DNA from: the human T2T-CHM13v2.0 reference genome, Homo sapiens
Length of the DNA stretch: 64,000 nt
Direction: 5' to 3' (one strand)
Assembly: GCF_009914755.1 (NCBI RefSeq)
Contig: NC_060934.1
Part shown: in pieces, positions 14,041 to 28,100 of the stretch
Position numbering within the stretch: the stretch's first letter is position 1
How the letters are laid out: each line of letters begins with the position of its first letter
Notes under the pieces: model-generated
What the model saw: only the letters and a program-made list of their open reading frames with translations
Databases searched by the model: none
Told to the model about the DNA's origin: nothing
Made by a program: the position numbers and the translations under genes

Positions 14041-14499
14041 TGGAATGGAATGGAATGGAATGGAAAGCAATGGAATGGAATGGAATGGAATGGAATTAAC
14101 CCGAGTAGAATGCAATGGAATGGAATGAAATGGAATGGAATGAAATCAACCCTAATGGAATGGATTGGAATAGAATGGAATGGAATGGAATGGCATGGAA
14201 TGCAATGGAATCAACAAGAATGGAATGGAATGGAATGAAATGGACAGGAATGGAATGGAATGGAATGGACTGGAATGGACTAGAATGGATTGGAATGGAA
14301 TGAAATCAACCCGATTGGAATGGAATGGAATGCAATGGAATGGAATGGAATCAACCCGAGAGCAATGCAATCGAATGGAATGGAATGGAATAGAATCACC
14401 CCGAGTGGAATGGATTGGAATGGAGTGAAATGGAATGGAGCGGCCTGGAATTCAATGGAATCAACTAGAATGGAATGGAATGGAATGGATTGGAATAAA

Positions 14500-15530
14500 T
14501 GGAATGGAATGGAATGGAAACTAATGGAATGTAATTGAAAGGAAACAACCCGAGTGGAATGGAATGCAACGGAATGCAATGGAATGGAATGGAAAGGAAT
14601 GGAATGGAATGGAATGGAATTCAATGTAATGGAAAAAAAGCGAGGGAATGGAATGGAATGGAAAGGACTGGAATGTAATGGAATGGATAGGAGACAACCC
14701 GATTCCAACGCAATGGAATGGAATGGAATGGAAAGGAATGGAATGAACTGGAATGGAATTGAAAGGAATGGAATGAACTGGAATGGAATGGAATGGAATG
14801 GAATTTAATGGAATGGAATGGAATGGAATGGAATGGAATGGAATCAACCTGAGTAGAGTGGAATGGAATGGAATGGAAATGAATGCAATGGAATGGAATG
14901 GAATGGAACAGAATGGAATGGAATGAACCCGAGTGGAATGGAATGGAATGGAATGGAATGGAATGGAATGGAATGGAATCTACCCGATTAGAATGGAATG
15001 GAATGGAATGCAATGGAATGGAATGGAATGGAATGGAATGCAATGGAATGGAATGGAATGGAATGGAATGGAATGGAATGGAATAAACACGAGTGGAATG
15101 GAATGGAATGGAATGGAATGGAATCGAATGTAATGGAATGAACTCAAGTGGAAAGGAATGGAATGGAAAGGAATGGAATGGAAAGGAAAGGAATGGAATG
15201 CAATAGAATGCCATGGTATGGAATGGAGTCAACCCGAGTGGATTGGAATAGAACGGAATGGAATGGAATGAAATGGAATGGAATGGAATGCAACGGAATG
15301 GAGTGGAATGGAATAAACACCAATGGAATGGAATGGAATGGGATGGACAGGAATGGAATGGAATGTAATGGAATGGAATGGAATGGACTAGAATGGAACG
15401 GAATGGAATGAAATCAACCTGATTGGAATGGAATGGAATGCAATGGAATGGAATGGAATCAATTGGAAAGGAATGAAATGAATGGAATGGAATGGAATGG
15501 AATGGAAAGGAATCAAACCGGGTAGAATGC
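14500..15530 (+). repeat. Block paralogous to 52790-53760 (offset ~38.3 kb), with a partial third copy at ~60340-60840
   Basis: GGAAAAAAAGCGAGGGAATGG ~14631/~52899, GATTCCAACGCAAT ~14701/~52969, doubled GAACTGG, GCCAT(G/T)GTATGG ~15210/~53438/~60430, AAACACCAATGG ~15315/~53548. Confidence 0.8.
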
Positions 15531-15739
15531 AATTAAATGGAATGGAATGGAATGGAATGAAATCAACCCGAGGGGAATGGAATGGAATGGAATGGAATGG
15601 AATGGAATAAACACGAGTGGAATGGAATGGAATGGAATGGAATGGAATGGAAAGGAATGGAATGGAGTAGAATGGAATGGAATCAACTCGAGTGGAAAAG
15701 AATGGATTGGAAAGGAATGGAAAGGAAAGGAAAGGAATG

Positions 15740-18700
15740 GAATGCAATGGAATGCAATGGTATGGAATGGATTAAACCCGAGTGCAATGGAATGCAATGG
15801 AATGGAATGTAATGGAATGGAATGGAATGCAGTGGCATGGAGTGGAATGGAATAAACACCATTGGAAAGGAATGGAATGCAATGGAATGTAATGGAATGG
15901 ATTGGAATGGAATGGAATGGAATGGATTGGAGTGCAATGAAATCAACCCGATTGGAATGGAATGGAATGCAATGGAATGGAATGGAATCAACTGGAAAGG
16001 AATCAAAAGGAACGAAATGGAATGGAATGGAATGGAATGGGATGGAATTACCCCGAGTGGAATGCAGTGGAATGGAATGGAATGGAATGGAATGGAATGG
16101 AATGGAATGGAATGGAATGAAATCAACCCGAATGGAATGGATTGGAATAGAGTGGAATGGAATGGAACGGCATGGAATGCAATGGAATCAACTAGAATAG
16201 AATGGGATGGAATGGAAAGGATTGGAATGAACTGGAATGGAATGGAATGGAATGAAATTTAATGCAATGGAATGGAATGGAATGGAGTCAACCCGAGTGG
16301 AGTGGAATAGAATGGAACGGAAATGAATGGAATGGAATGGAATGGAATGGAACGGAACTGAATGCAATGAACCCGAGTGGAATAGAATGGAATGGAATGG
16401 AATAAACACGAATGGAATGGAATGGAATGGAATGGAATGGAATGGAATGGAATCAACTCGAGTGGAATGAAATGTAACGTCATGGAATGGAATGGAATGG
16501 AATGGAATGGAATGGAATGGAATCAACCCGACTGGAATGGAATGGAATGCAATCATCCCTAGTGGAATGGAATGGAATGGAATGGAATACCATGGAATGG
16601 AATGGAATGGAAGGCAATGGAATCAACTGCAATGGAATGGAAATAATGAAATGAAATGGAATGGAATGGAATGGAATGGAATGGAATCAACTCCAGTGGA
16701 ATGGAGTGGAATGGAATGGATTATAATGGAATGGAAAGGAATCAATCTGGGTGGAATGGTATGGAATGGAATGGAGTGGAATGGAATGGAATGGAATGGA
16801 ACGGAATGGAATGGAATCAACCCGAATGGAATGAAATGGAAAGGAATGGAAAGGAATGGAAAGGAATGGAATGGAATGGAATCAACCCGAATGGACTGGA
16901 ATGGAATGGAATGGAATGGAATCAACTCAACTCGAATGGAAAAGAATGGAATGGAACGGAAAGGAATGTAATGGATTGGAATGGAATCAACCCACGTGGA
17001 ATGGAATGGAATGGAATGCAATGGAATCAACCCAAGTGAATGGAATGGAAATGAATGGAATGGAATGGAAAGGAATGGAATGGAATCAACCCGAGTGGAA
17101 TGGAATGGAATGAAATGGAGTGGAATGGAAAGGAATTGAGTGGAATGGAATGTAATGGAATCAACCCGAGTGGAATGGAATGGAATGGAAAGGAAAGGAA
17201 TGGAATAAATACGAGTGGAATGGAATGGAATGGAATGGAATGGAATGGAATGGAATGGAATAGAATGGAATGGAATCAACCCGAGTGGAAAGGAATGGAA
17301 TGGAAAGGAATGGAATGGAATGGAAAGGAATGGAATGCAATGGAATGCACGGGTATGGAATGGAGTCAATCCGAGTGGAATGGAATGGAATGGAATTGAA
17401 TGCAATGGAATGGAATGGAATGCAATGGAATGGAGTGGAATGGAATAAACACCAGTGGAATGGAATGGAATGGAATGGAATGGAAAGGACAGGAATGGAA
17501 TGGAAAGGAATGGAAAGGAATGGAATGGAATGGAATGGACTAGAGTGGAATGGAATTAAATGAAATCAATCCGATTGGAATGGAAAGGAATGGAATCAAC
17601 TGGAAAGGAATCAAATGGAATGGAATGGAATGGAAGGGAATGGAACGGAATCAACACGACTGGAATGCAATGGAATGGAATGCAATGGAATGGAATGGAA
17701 TGGAATGGAATGGAATGGAAGGGAATGGAATGCAATGGAAAGGAATGGAATGAACTGGAATGGAATGGAATGGAATGGAATTTAATGGAATGGAAAGGAA
17801 TCGAATCAACGTGAGTGGAGTCGAATGGAATTGAAAGAAAATTAATAGAATGGAATGAAATGGAATGGAATGGAATGTAATGGAATGGAATAGAATGAAC
17901 CCGAGTGGAATGGAATGGAATGGAAAGGCACGGAATGGAATGGAACGGAATGCAATGGAATCAACCTGAGTGGAATGGAATGGAATGGAATCATCCCGAG
18001 TGGAATGGAATGGAATGAAATGGAGTGGAATGTAAAGGAATTGAGTGGAATGGAATGTAATGTAATCAACCCGAGTGGAATGGAATGGAATGGAATGGAA
18101 TGGAATGGAATGGAATGGAATAAATACGAGTGGAATGGAATGGAATGGAATGGAATGGAATAGAATGGAATGGAATCAACCCGAGTGGAAAGGAATGGAA
18201 TGGAAAGGAATGGAATGGAATGGAAAGGAATGGAATGCAATGGAATGCACGGGTATGGAATGGAGTCAATCCGAGTGGAATGGAATGGAATGGAATTGAA
18301 TGCAATGGAATGGAATGGAATGCAATGGAATGGAGTGGAATGGAATAAACACCAGTGGAATGGAATGGAATGGAATGGAATGGAATGGAAAGGACAGGAA
18401 TGGAATGGAAAGGAATGGAATGGAATGGAATGGAATGGAATTTAATGGAATGGAATGGAATGGAATCAACGCGAGTGGAGTCGAATGGAATTGAAAGAAA
18501 ATTAATAGAATGGAATGGAATGGAATGGAATGGAATGCAATGGAATGGAATAGAATGAACCCGAGTGGAATGGAATGGAATGGAAAGGCACAGAATGGAA
18601 TGGAACGGAATGCAATGGAATCAACCTGAGTGGAATGGAATGGAATGGAATCAACCCGAGTGTAATTGAATGGAGTGGAATGCAATGGAATGGAATGGAG

Positions 18701-18890
18701 TGGAAGGCATTAGAATCAACTGCAGTGGAATGGAATGGAATGGAATGGAATGGCATGGAATGCAATCAACCCCAGTGGAATGGAATGCATGACAATAAAA
18801 TGGAAAGGAAACAATCAGGGTGGAATGGAATGGAATGGAATGGATTATAATGGAATGGAATGGAATCAATCCCGGTGGAATGGAATAGGA
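15740..18890 (+). repeat. Block paralogous to 43190-47150 (offset ~27.4 kb at its start)
   Basis: GGATTAAACCCGAGTGCAAT ~15769/~43216, GGAAATAATGAAATGAAATGG ~16639/~44086, CAACTCAACTCGAA ~16923/~44385 and CAACCCACGTGG ~16988/~44450 occur in the same order. Confidence 0.85.
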
Positions 18891-19105
18891 TGGAATGGAA
18901 TGGAATGGAATGGAATGGAATGGAATGGAATGGAATCAACCCGAATGGAACGGAAGGGAATGGAGTGGAAAAGAATCGAAAGGAGTGGAATGCAAAGGAA
19001 TCAACACGAATGGACAGGAATGGAATGTCATGGAATGGAATGGAATGGAATGGAATGGAATGGCATGGAAAGGAATGGAATGGAATGGAATGGAATGCTA
19101 CAGAA

Positions 19106-19305
19106 TCAACCTGAGTGGAATGGAAATAAATGGACTGGAATGGTATGGAATGGAATGGATTAGAATGGAATCAACCACAGTGGAATGGAATGGAATGGAA
19201 TGGAATCAACCTGAGTGGAATGTAAATAAATGGACTGGAACGGTATGGAATGGAATGGAATAGAATGGAATCAACCACAGTGGAATGGAATGGAATGGAA
19301 TGGAA
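19106..19305 (+). repeat. 100 bp tandem duplication (also at ~30913-31112)
   Basis: TCAACCTGAGTGGAATG(G/T)AAATAAATGGACTGGAA(T/C)GGTATGG...TCAACCACAGTGG at 19106 and 19206. The paralog at ~42690-42790 has a single copy. Confidence 0.88.
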
Positions 19306-20695
19306 TCAACCAAAGTGGAATGGAATTGAACGGAATGCAAAGGAATCAAACCGAGTGGAATGGAATGGAATCAACCAAAGTGTAATGGAATAGAATGGAT
19401 GCAACGGAATCAAACCAGTGGAATGGAATGGAAAGGAATGGAATGGAATGGCATGGAATGGAAAGGAATGGAATGGAATCAACCTGACTGGCATGGAATG
19501 GAATGGAAAGGAATGGAATGGAATCAAAACGAGTGGAGTGGAATAAAATGGAATGGAATGGAATGGACTCAACCCGAGTGGAACGGAATGGAATGGGATG
19601 GAATGGAATTGAATGGAATGGAATGGAATGGAATTAACCTGAGTGGAATGAATGGAAAGGAATGGAATGGAATCGAATGGAATGGAATGGAATGGAGCGA
19701 AATGGAATTGAATGGAATCAACAAGATTGGAATGGAATGAATGGAATGGAATGGAATGGAATAGAAAGTAATGGAACGGAATGGAATGGAATCAACCCGA
19801 ATGGAAGGGAATGGAATTGAATGGAATGGAATGGATTGGAATCCACCCATGTGGAATGGAATGGAATGGAATGGAATGGAATGGAATGGAATGGAATGGA
19901 ATGGAGTAGAATGTAAAGGAATGGAATGGAAAGGAATGGAATGGAATGGAATGGAATGGAATGCAATTTAATTAAATGGAATGGAATCAACCAGAGTGGA
20001 ATGGACTGGAATGGATTGGAATGGAAAGGAATGGAGTGGAATCAACCCGAGTGAAATGGAATGGAATGGGATGGAATGGAATGGAATGGAAAGGACGGGA
20101 ATCAACCCGAGTGGAATGGAATGGAATGGAATAGATTCAACACGAGTGGAATGGAATGGAATGGAATGCAATGGAATGGAATGGAATGGAATCAACCCAA
20201 GCGGAATGGACTGGAATGGAATGGAATACAATGGAATGGAATGGAATGGAATGGAATCAGCTGCAGTGGAATGGAATGGAATGGGATGGAATGGAATGGA
20301 CAGGAATAGAATGGAATGGAATATAACGGAGTGGAATCAACACGAGTGGAATGGAATGGAATCAAATTGAATGGAATGGAAGGAAAGGAATGCAATGGAA
20401 TGGAATCAACCTCAGTGGAACAGAAAGGAATGTAATGAAATGGAATGGAATAGAATGGAATGGAATGCAATGGAATGGAATGGAATGGAGTGGAATGGAA
20501 TGGGTTGGAATGGGATGGAATCAACCCGAGTGGAACGGACTGGAATGGAGTGGAATGGAATGGAACGGCATGGAATGATATGGAATCAAATAGAATGGAA
20601 TGGAATGGGATGGATTGGAATGGAATCGAACGGAATCAACCTGAGTGGAATGGAATGGAATGGAAAGGAATGGAATGAATGGAAAGGAATGGAAT

Positions 20696-23600
20696 GGAAA
20701 CTAATGGAATGGAATGGAAAGGAAACAACCCGAGTGGAACGGAATGCAATGGAATGCAATGGAATGGAATTGAATTCAATGTAATGGAAACAAACCGAGT
20801 GGAATGTAATGTAATGGAAAGGACTGGAATGTAATGGACTGGATTGGAATCAACCCGATTGCAATGCAATGGAATGGAATGGAATGGAATGGAATGGAAT
20901 GGAATGGAATGGAATGGATTGGAATGGAATGGAATGGAACGGAATGGAATGGAATGGAAGGGAATGGAATGGAATGGAAAGGAATGGAATGAACGGGAAT
21001 GGAATGGAATGCAATTTAATGGAATGGAATGGAATGGAATCAACCCGAGTGGAGTGGAATGGAATGGAATGGAAATGAATGGAATGGAATGGAATGGAAT
21101 GGAAACTAATGGAATGAAATGCAAACAACCCGAGTGGAATGGAATGCAATGGAATGGAATGGAATGGAATGGAATGGAATGGAATTCAACGGAATGGAAA
21201 CACCCCGAGTGAAATGGCATGGAATGGAAAGGACTTGAATGTAATGGAATGGATTGGAATCAACACGATTAGAAAGCAATGGAATGGAATGGAATGGAAA
21301 GGAATGGAAGGGAATGGAATGGAATGGAAAGGAAAGGAATGGAATGGATGGGATTGGAATGGAATGGAATGGATTAGAATGGAATGGAATGGAATGAAAT
21401 CAACCCGATTGGAATGGAATGGAATGCAATGTAATGGAATGGAATCAACTGGAAAGGATTGAAATGGAATGGAATGGAATGGAACAGAATCAACCCGAGT
21501 GGAATGCAATGGAATGGAATGGAATGGAATGGAATGAAATGAAATAAACCCGGGTGGAATGGATTGGAATGGAGTGGAATGGAATGGAATGGCATGGAAT
21601 GCAACGGAATCAACTGGAATGGTGTGGAATGGAATGGAATGGAATGGAATGGAATGGAATGGAATGGAATCAAACGGAATCAACCTGAGTGGAATGGAAA
21701 GGAATGCAATGGAATGAATGGAATGGAAACTAATGGAATGGAATGGAAAGGAAACAACCCGAGTGGAATAGAAAGCAATGGAATGCAATGGAATGGAATG
21801 GAATGGAATGGAATGGAATGGAATTTGATATAATGGAAAAAAAACCGACTGGAATGCAATGGAATGGAAAGGACTGCAATGTAATGGAATGGATCGGAAT
21901 CAACCCGATTCCAATGCAACGGAATTGAATGGAATGGAAACGAATGCAATGAACTGGAATGGAACGGAATGGAATGGAAATAAATGGAATGGAATGGAAT
22001 GGAATGGAATGGAACGGAATGCAATGGAATGGAACAGAACGGAATGAACCCGAGTGGAATGGAATGGAATGGAATGGAATGGAAAGGAACGGAATAGAAT
22101 GGAATGGAATGGAATGGAATGAACACGAGTGGAATGGAAAGGAATGGAATGGATTGGAATGGAATGGAATGGAATCAACCCGAGTGGAATAGAATGGAAT
22201 GGAATGGAGTGGAATGGAATGGAATGGGACGGAATGGAATGGAATGGCATGGAATAGAATGGAACGGAACAGAAAGGAACGGAATGGAATGGAATGGAAT
22301 GGTATCAACCTGAATGAAATGGAATGGAATCAACCAGAGTGGAATGCAACGGAATAGAATGGAATGGAATGGAATGGAGTGGAATGGAATGGAATGAAAT
22401 CAACCCGAGTGGAATGGATAGGAATAGAGAGGAATTGAATGGAACGGCATGGAATGCAATGGAATCAACTAGAATGGAATTTAATATAATGGAATGGAAT
22501 GGAATGGAATAGAATCAACCCGAGTGAAATGGAATGGAAGGGAATGGAATGGAAAGGAATGGAAAGCAATGGATTGGAATCAAACAAATGGAATGGAATG
22601 GAATGGAATGGAATGGAATGGAATGGAATGGAAGAGAATGGATTCAATTCGAGTGCAATGTAATGGTATAGAAAGAAATGGAATGGAATGGAATGGAATC
22701 AACCAGAGTGCAATGGAATGGAAAGAAATTGAAATGAATCGAATGGAATGGAATGGAATGGAATGGAACGGCATGGAATGGAATGGAATGGAGTGGAATC
22801 AACCCGAGTGGAATGGAATGGAATGGAATCTAATGGCATGGAATGGAATGGAATGGACTGAAATCAACCCGAGTGGAATGGAATGGAATGGAATGGACTG
22901 GAAACTAATGGAATGGAATGGAAAGGAAACAACCCGAGTGGAACGGAATGCAATGGAATGCAATGGAATGGAATTGAATTCAATGTAATGGAAACAAACC
23001 GAGTGGAATGTAATGTAATGGAAAGGACTGGAATGTAATGGACTGGATTGGAATCAACCCGATTGCAATGCAATGGAACGGAATGGAATGGAATGGAATG
23101 GAACGGATTGGAATGGAATGGAATGGAACGGAATGGAATGGAATGGAATGGAAAGGAATGGAATGAACTGGAATGGAATGGAATGCAATTTAATGGAATG
23201 GAATGGAATGGAATCAACCTGAGTGGAGTGGAATGGAATGGAATGGAAATGAATGGAATGGAATGGAATGGAATGGAAACTAATGGAATGGAATGCAAAC
23301 AACGCGAGTGGAATGGAATGCAATGGAATGGAATGGAATGGAATGGAATGGAATGGAATGGAATGGAATGGAATTCAACAGAATGGAAACACCCCGAGTG
23401 AAATGGCATGGAATGGAAAGGACTTGAATGTAATGGAATGGATTGGAATCAACCCGATTAGAAAGCAATGGAATGGAATGGAATGGAATGGAATGGAATG
23501 GAAGGGAATGGAATGGAATGGAATGGAATGGAATGGAATGGAATGGAAGGGAATGGAATGGAATGGAATGGAATGGAATGGAAAGGAATGGAATGGAATG

Positions 23601-25100
23601 GAAGGGATTGGAATGGAATGGAATGGATTAGAATGGAATGGAATGGAATGAAATCAACCCGATTGGAATGGAATGGAATGCAATGTAATGGAATGGAATC
23701 AACTGGAAAGGATTAAAATGGAATGGAATGGAATGGAACGGAATCAACCCGAGTGGAATGCAATGGAATGGAATGGAATGGAATGAAATGAAATCAACCC
23801 GGGTGGAATGGATTGGAATGGAGTGGAATGGAATGGAATGGCATGGAATGCAACGGAATCAACTGCAATGGTATGGAATGGAATGGAATGGAATGGAATC
23901 AAACGGAATCAACCAGAGAGGAATGGAAAGGAATGGAATGGAATGAATGGAATGGAAACAAATGGAATGGAATGGAAAGGAAACAACCCGAGTGGAAGAG
24001 AAAGCAATGGAATGCAATGGAATGGAATGCAATGGAATGGAATTTGATATAATGGAAAAAAAAAAACGACTGGAATGCAATGGAATGGAAAGGACTGCAA
24101 TGTAATGGAATGGATCAGAATCAACCCGATTCCAATGCAACGGAATTGAATGGAATGGAAAAGAATGGAATGAACTGGAATGGAACGGAATGGAATGGAA
24201 ATGAATGGAATGGAATGGAATGGAATGGAACGGAATGCAATGGAATGGAACAGAATGGAATGAACCCGAGTGGAATGGAATGGAATGGAATGGAATGGAA
24301 AGGAACGGAATAGAATGGAATGGAATGGAATGGAATGAACACGAGTGGAATGGAAAGGAATGGAATGGATTGGAATGGAATGTAATGGAATCAACCCGAG
24401 TGGAATAGAATGGAATGGAATGGAGTGGAATGGAATGGAGTGGGACGGAATGGAATGGAATGGCATGGAATAGAATGGAAAAGAACGGAAAGGAACGGAA
24501 TGGAATGGAATGGAATGGTATCAACCTGAATGAAATGGAATGAAATGGAATGGAATCAACCAGAGTGGAATGCAATGGAATGGAATGGAATGGAATGGAA
24601 TGGAATGAAATCAACCCGAGTGGAATGGATAGGAATAGAGAGGAATTGAATGGAACAGCATGGAATGCAATGGAATCAACTAGAATGGAATGTAATATAA
24701 TTGAATGGAATGGAATGGAATAGAATCAACCCGAGTGAAATGGAATGGAAGGGAATGGAATGGAAAGGAATGGAAAGCAATGGATTGGAATCAAACAAAT
24801 GGAATGGAATGGAATGGAATGGAAAGGAAGAGAATTTAATCAATTCGAGTGCAATGTAATGGTATAGAATGAAATGGAACGGAATGGAATGGAATCAACC
24901 AGAGTGCAATGGAATGGAAAGAAATTGAAATGAATGGAATGGAATGGAATGGAATGGAATGGAATAGAACGGCATGGAATGGAATGGAGTGGAGTGGAAT
25001 CAACCCGAGTGGAATGGAATGGAATGGAATCTAACGGCATGGAATGGAATGGAATGGACTGAAATCAACCCGAGTGGAATGGAATGGAATGGAATGGACT
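20696..25100 (+). repeat. Internal ~2.2 kb tandem duplication (20696-22899 / 22900-25100) inside the 11.8 kb unit
   Basis: These landmarks each occur twice at ~2.2 kb spacing: GGAAACTAATGG...AACAACCCGAGTGGAACGG (~20696, ~22900), AAACACCCCGAGTGAAATGGC (~21198, ~23387), TTTGATATAATGG(A)n (~21824, ~24043) and GGATAGGAATAGAGAGG (~22416, ~24627). Confidence 0.9.
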
Positions 25101-28100
25101 GGAATGCAATGGAATGGAATGGAATCAACCCGAGTGGAATGAAATGGAATAGAATGGAGTGGAAAGGAATACAATGGAATGGAATGGAATGGAATGGAAT
25201 GGAATGGAATCAACACGAGTGGAATGGAATGGAATGGAATGGACTGGAATAAACACGAGTGGAATGGAATGGAATGGAATGGAATAGAATGGAATGGAAT
25301 CAACTCGAGTGGAAAAGAATGGAATGGAAAGCAATGGAATGGAATGGAAAGTAATGGAATGCACTGGAATGCAAAGGTATGGAATTGAGTCAACCAGAGT
25401 GGAGTGGAAAAGAATGCAATGGAATGGAATGGAATGCAATGGAATGGAGTGGAATGGAATAAACACCAGTGGAATGGAATGGAATGGAATGGAATGGAAT
25501 GGAATGGCATGGAATGGAATGGAATGGACAGGATTGGAATGGAATGGAACGGAATGCTATGGAATGGAATGGAATCAACTGGAAAGGAATGAAATGGAAT
25601 GGAATGGAATGGAATGGAATGGAATCAACACGAGTGGAATGCAATGGAATGGAATGGAATGGAATAAATTCAACCCGAGTGGAATGCATAGGAATAGAGT
25701 GGAATGGAAAGGAAAGGCATGGAATGCAATGGAATCAACACGAATGGAATGGAATGGAATGGAATGGAATGGAATGGAATGGAATGGAATCAACACGAGT
25801 GGAATGCAATGGAATGGAATGGAATGGAATGGAATGGAATGGAATGGAATGGAATAAACACGAATGGAATGGAAGGGAATGGAATGCAATGGAAAGGAAT
25901 GGAATGACCTGGAGTGGAATGGAATGGAATGGAATTTAATGGAATGGAATGGAATGGAATCAACCTGAGTGGAGTGGAATGGAATGGAATGGAAATGCAT
26001 GGAATGGAATGGAATGGAATGGAACGGAACAGAATGCAATGAACCCGAGTGAAATGGAATGGAATGGAATGGTATGGAATCATCCCGAGTGGAATGGAAT
26101 GGAATAGAATGGAATAAACACGAGTGGAATGGAATGGAATGGAATGGAATGAAATGGAATGGAAAGGAATGGACTAGAATGGAATGGAAATGAAAGGAAT
26201 TTAATGCAATGGTATGGAATGGAGTCAACCCGAGTGGAATGGAATGGAATGGAATGGAATGGAATGAAATGGAATGGAATGGAATGCAATGGAATGGAGT
26301 GGAATGGAATAAACACCAGTGGACTGGAATGGAACGGAATGGAATGGACAAGAATGGAATGGAATGGAAAGGACTAGAATGGCATGGAATGGAATGAAAT
26401 CAACCCGATTGGAATGGAATGGAATGCAATGGAATGGAATGGAATAGAATCAACTCGAGTGGAAAGGAATGGAATGGAAAGGAATGGAATGGAAAGGAAA
26501 GGAATGGAATGCAATGGAATGCAATGGTATGGAATGGAGTCAACCCGAGTGGAATGGAATGGAATGTAATGGAATGAAATGGAATGGAATGGAATGTAAT
26601 GGAATGGAGTGGAATGGAATAAACACCAGTGGAATGGAATGCAATGGAATGGAGTGGAATGGAAAGAAATGGAATGGAATGGAATGGAATGGAATGGACA
26701 GGAAAGGAAAGGAATGGAATGGAATGGAATGGAATGGAATGGACTAGAATGGAATGGAATGGAATTAAATCAACCCTATTAGAATGGAATGGAATGCAAT
26801 GGTATGGAATGGAATCAACTGGAAAGGAACAAAATGGAATGGAATGGAATGGAATGGAATGGAATGGAATGGAATGGAATGGAATCCACCCGAGTCGAAT
26901 GCAATGGAATGGAATGGAATAAACCGGGGTGGAATGGATTGGATTGGAGTAGAAAGGAATGGAACGGCATGTAGTGCAATGGAATCAACTATAATGGAAT
27001 GGAATGGAATCGAACGGAATCAACCTGAGTGGAATGGAATGGAATGGAATGGAATGAATGGAATGGAATGGAACGGATACTAATGGAATGGAATGGAAAG
27101 GAAACAACCCGAGTGGAATGGAATGCAATGGAATGCAATGGAATGGAATAGAAGGGAATGGAATGGAATGGAATGGAATGGAATGGAATGGAATGGAATT
27201 CAATGTAATGGAAACAAACCGAGTGGAAAGTAATGGAATGGAAAGGAATGGAATGTAATGGAATGGATTGGAATCAACCCGATTCCAATGCAATGCAATG
27301 GAATGGAATGGAATGGATGTTCATGGAATGGAATGGAATGGAATGGAATGGAATGGAATGGAATGGAATCAACCCGAGTGGAGTGGAATGGAATGGAATG
27401 GAAATGAATGGAATGGAATGGAATGGAATGGAATGGAATGGAATGGAATGGAACGGAACGGAACGGAAAGAACCCGAGTGGAATGGAATGGAATGGAATG
27501 GAATGGAACGGAATGGAATGTACCCAATTGGAATGGAATGGAATGGAATGGAATGGAATGGAATGGAATGCCATGTAATAAACACGATTGGAATGGAATG
27601 GAATGGAATGGAAAGGAATGGAATAGAATGTAATGGAATCAACTCGAGTGGAAAGGAATGGAATGGAAAGGAATGAAATGGAAAGGAAAGAATGGAATGC
27701 AATAGAATGCAATAGTATGGAATGGAGTCAACCCGAGTGGAATGGAATGGAATGGAATGGAATGGAATGAAATGGAATGGCATGGAATGCAATGGAATGG
27801 AGTGGAATGGAATAAACAGCAGTGGAATAGAATGGAATGGAAGGGAATGGAATGGACAGGAATGGAATGGAATGGAATGGAATGGAATGGAATGGACTAG
27901 AATGGAACGGAATGGAATGAAATCAACCAGATTGGAATGGAATGGAATACAATAGAATGGAATGGAATCAATTCAAAGGAATGAAATGAATGGAATGGAA
28001 TAGAATGGAATGGATTGGAATGGAATAGAATGGAATGGAATCAACCCGAGTAGAATGCGATGGAATGCAAAAGAATGGAATCAACCCGAGTGAAATGGAA

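Noticed and set aside
24056-24066. Poly-A tracts as retrotransposon tails
   Set aside because: They are only 7-11 nt long, have no upstream Alu/L1 body or target-site duplication, and align to the GGAAACAAACCGAGT satellite slot.
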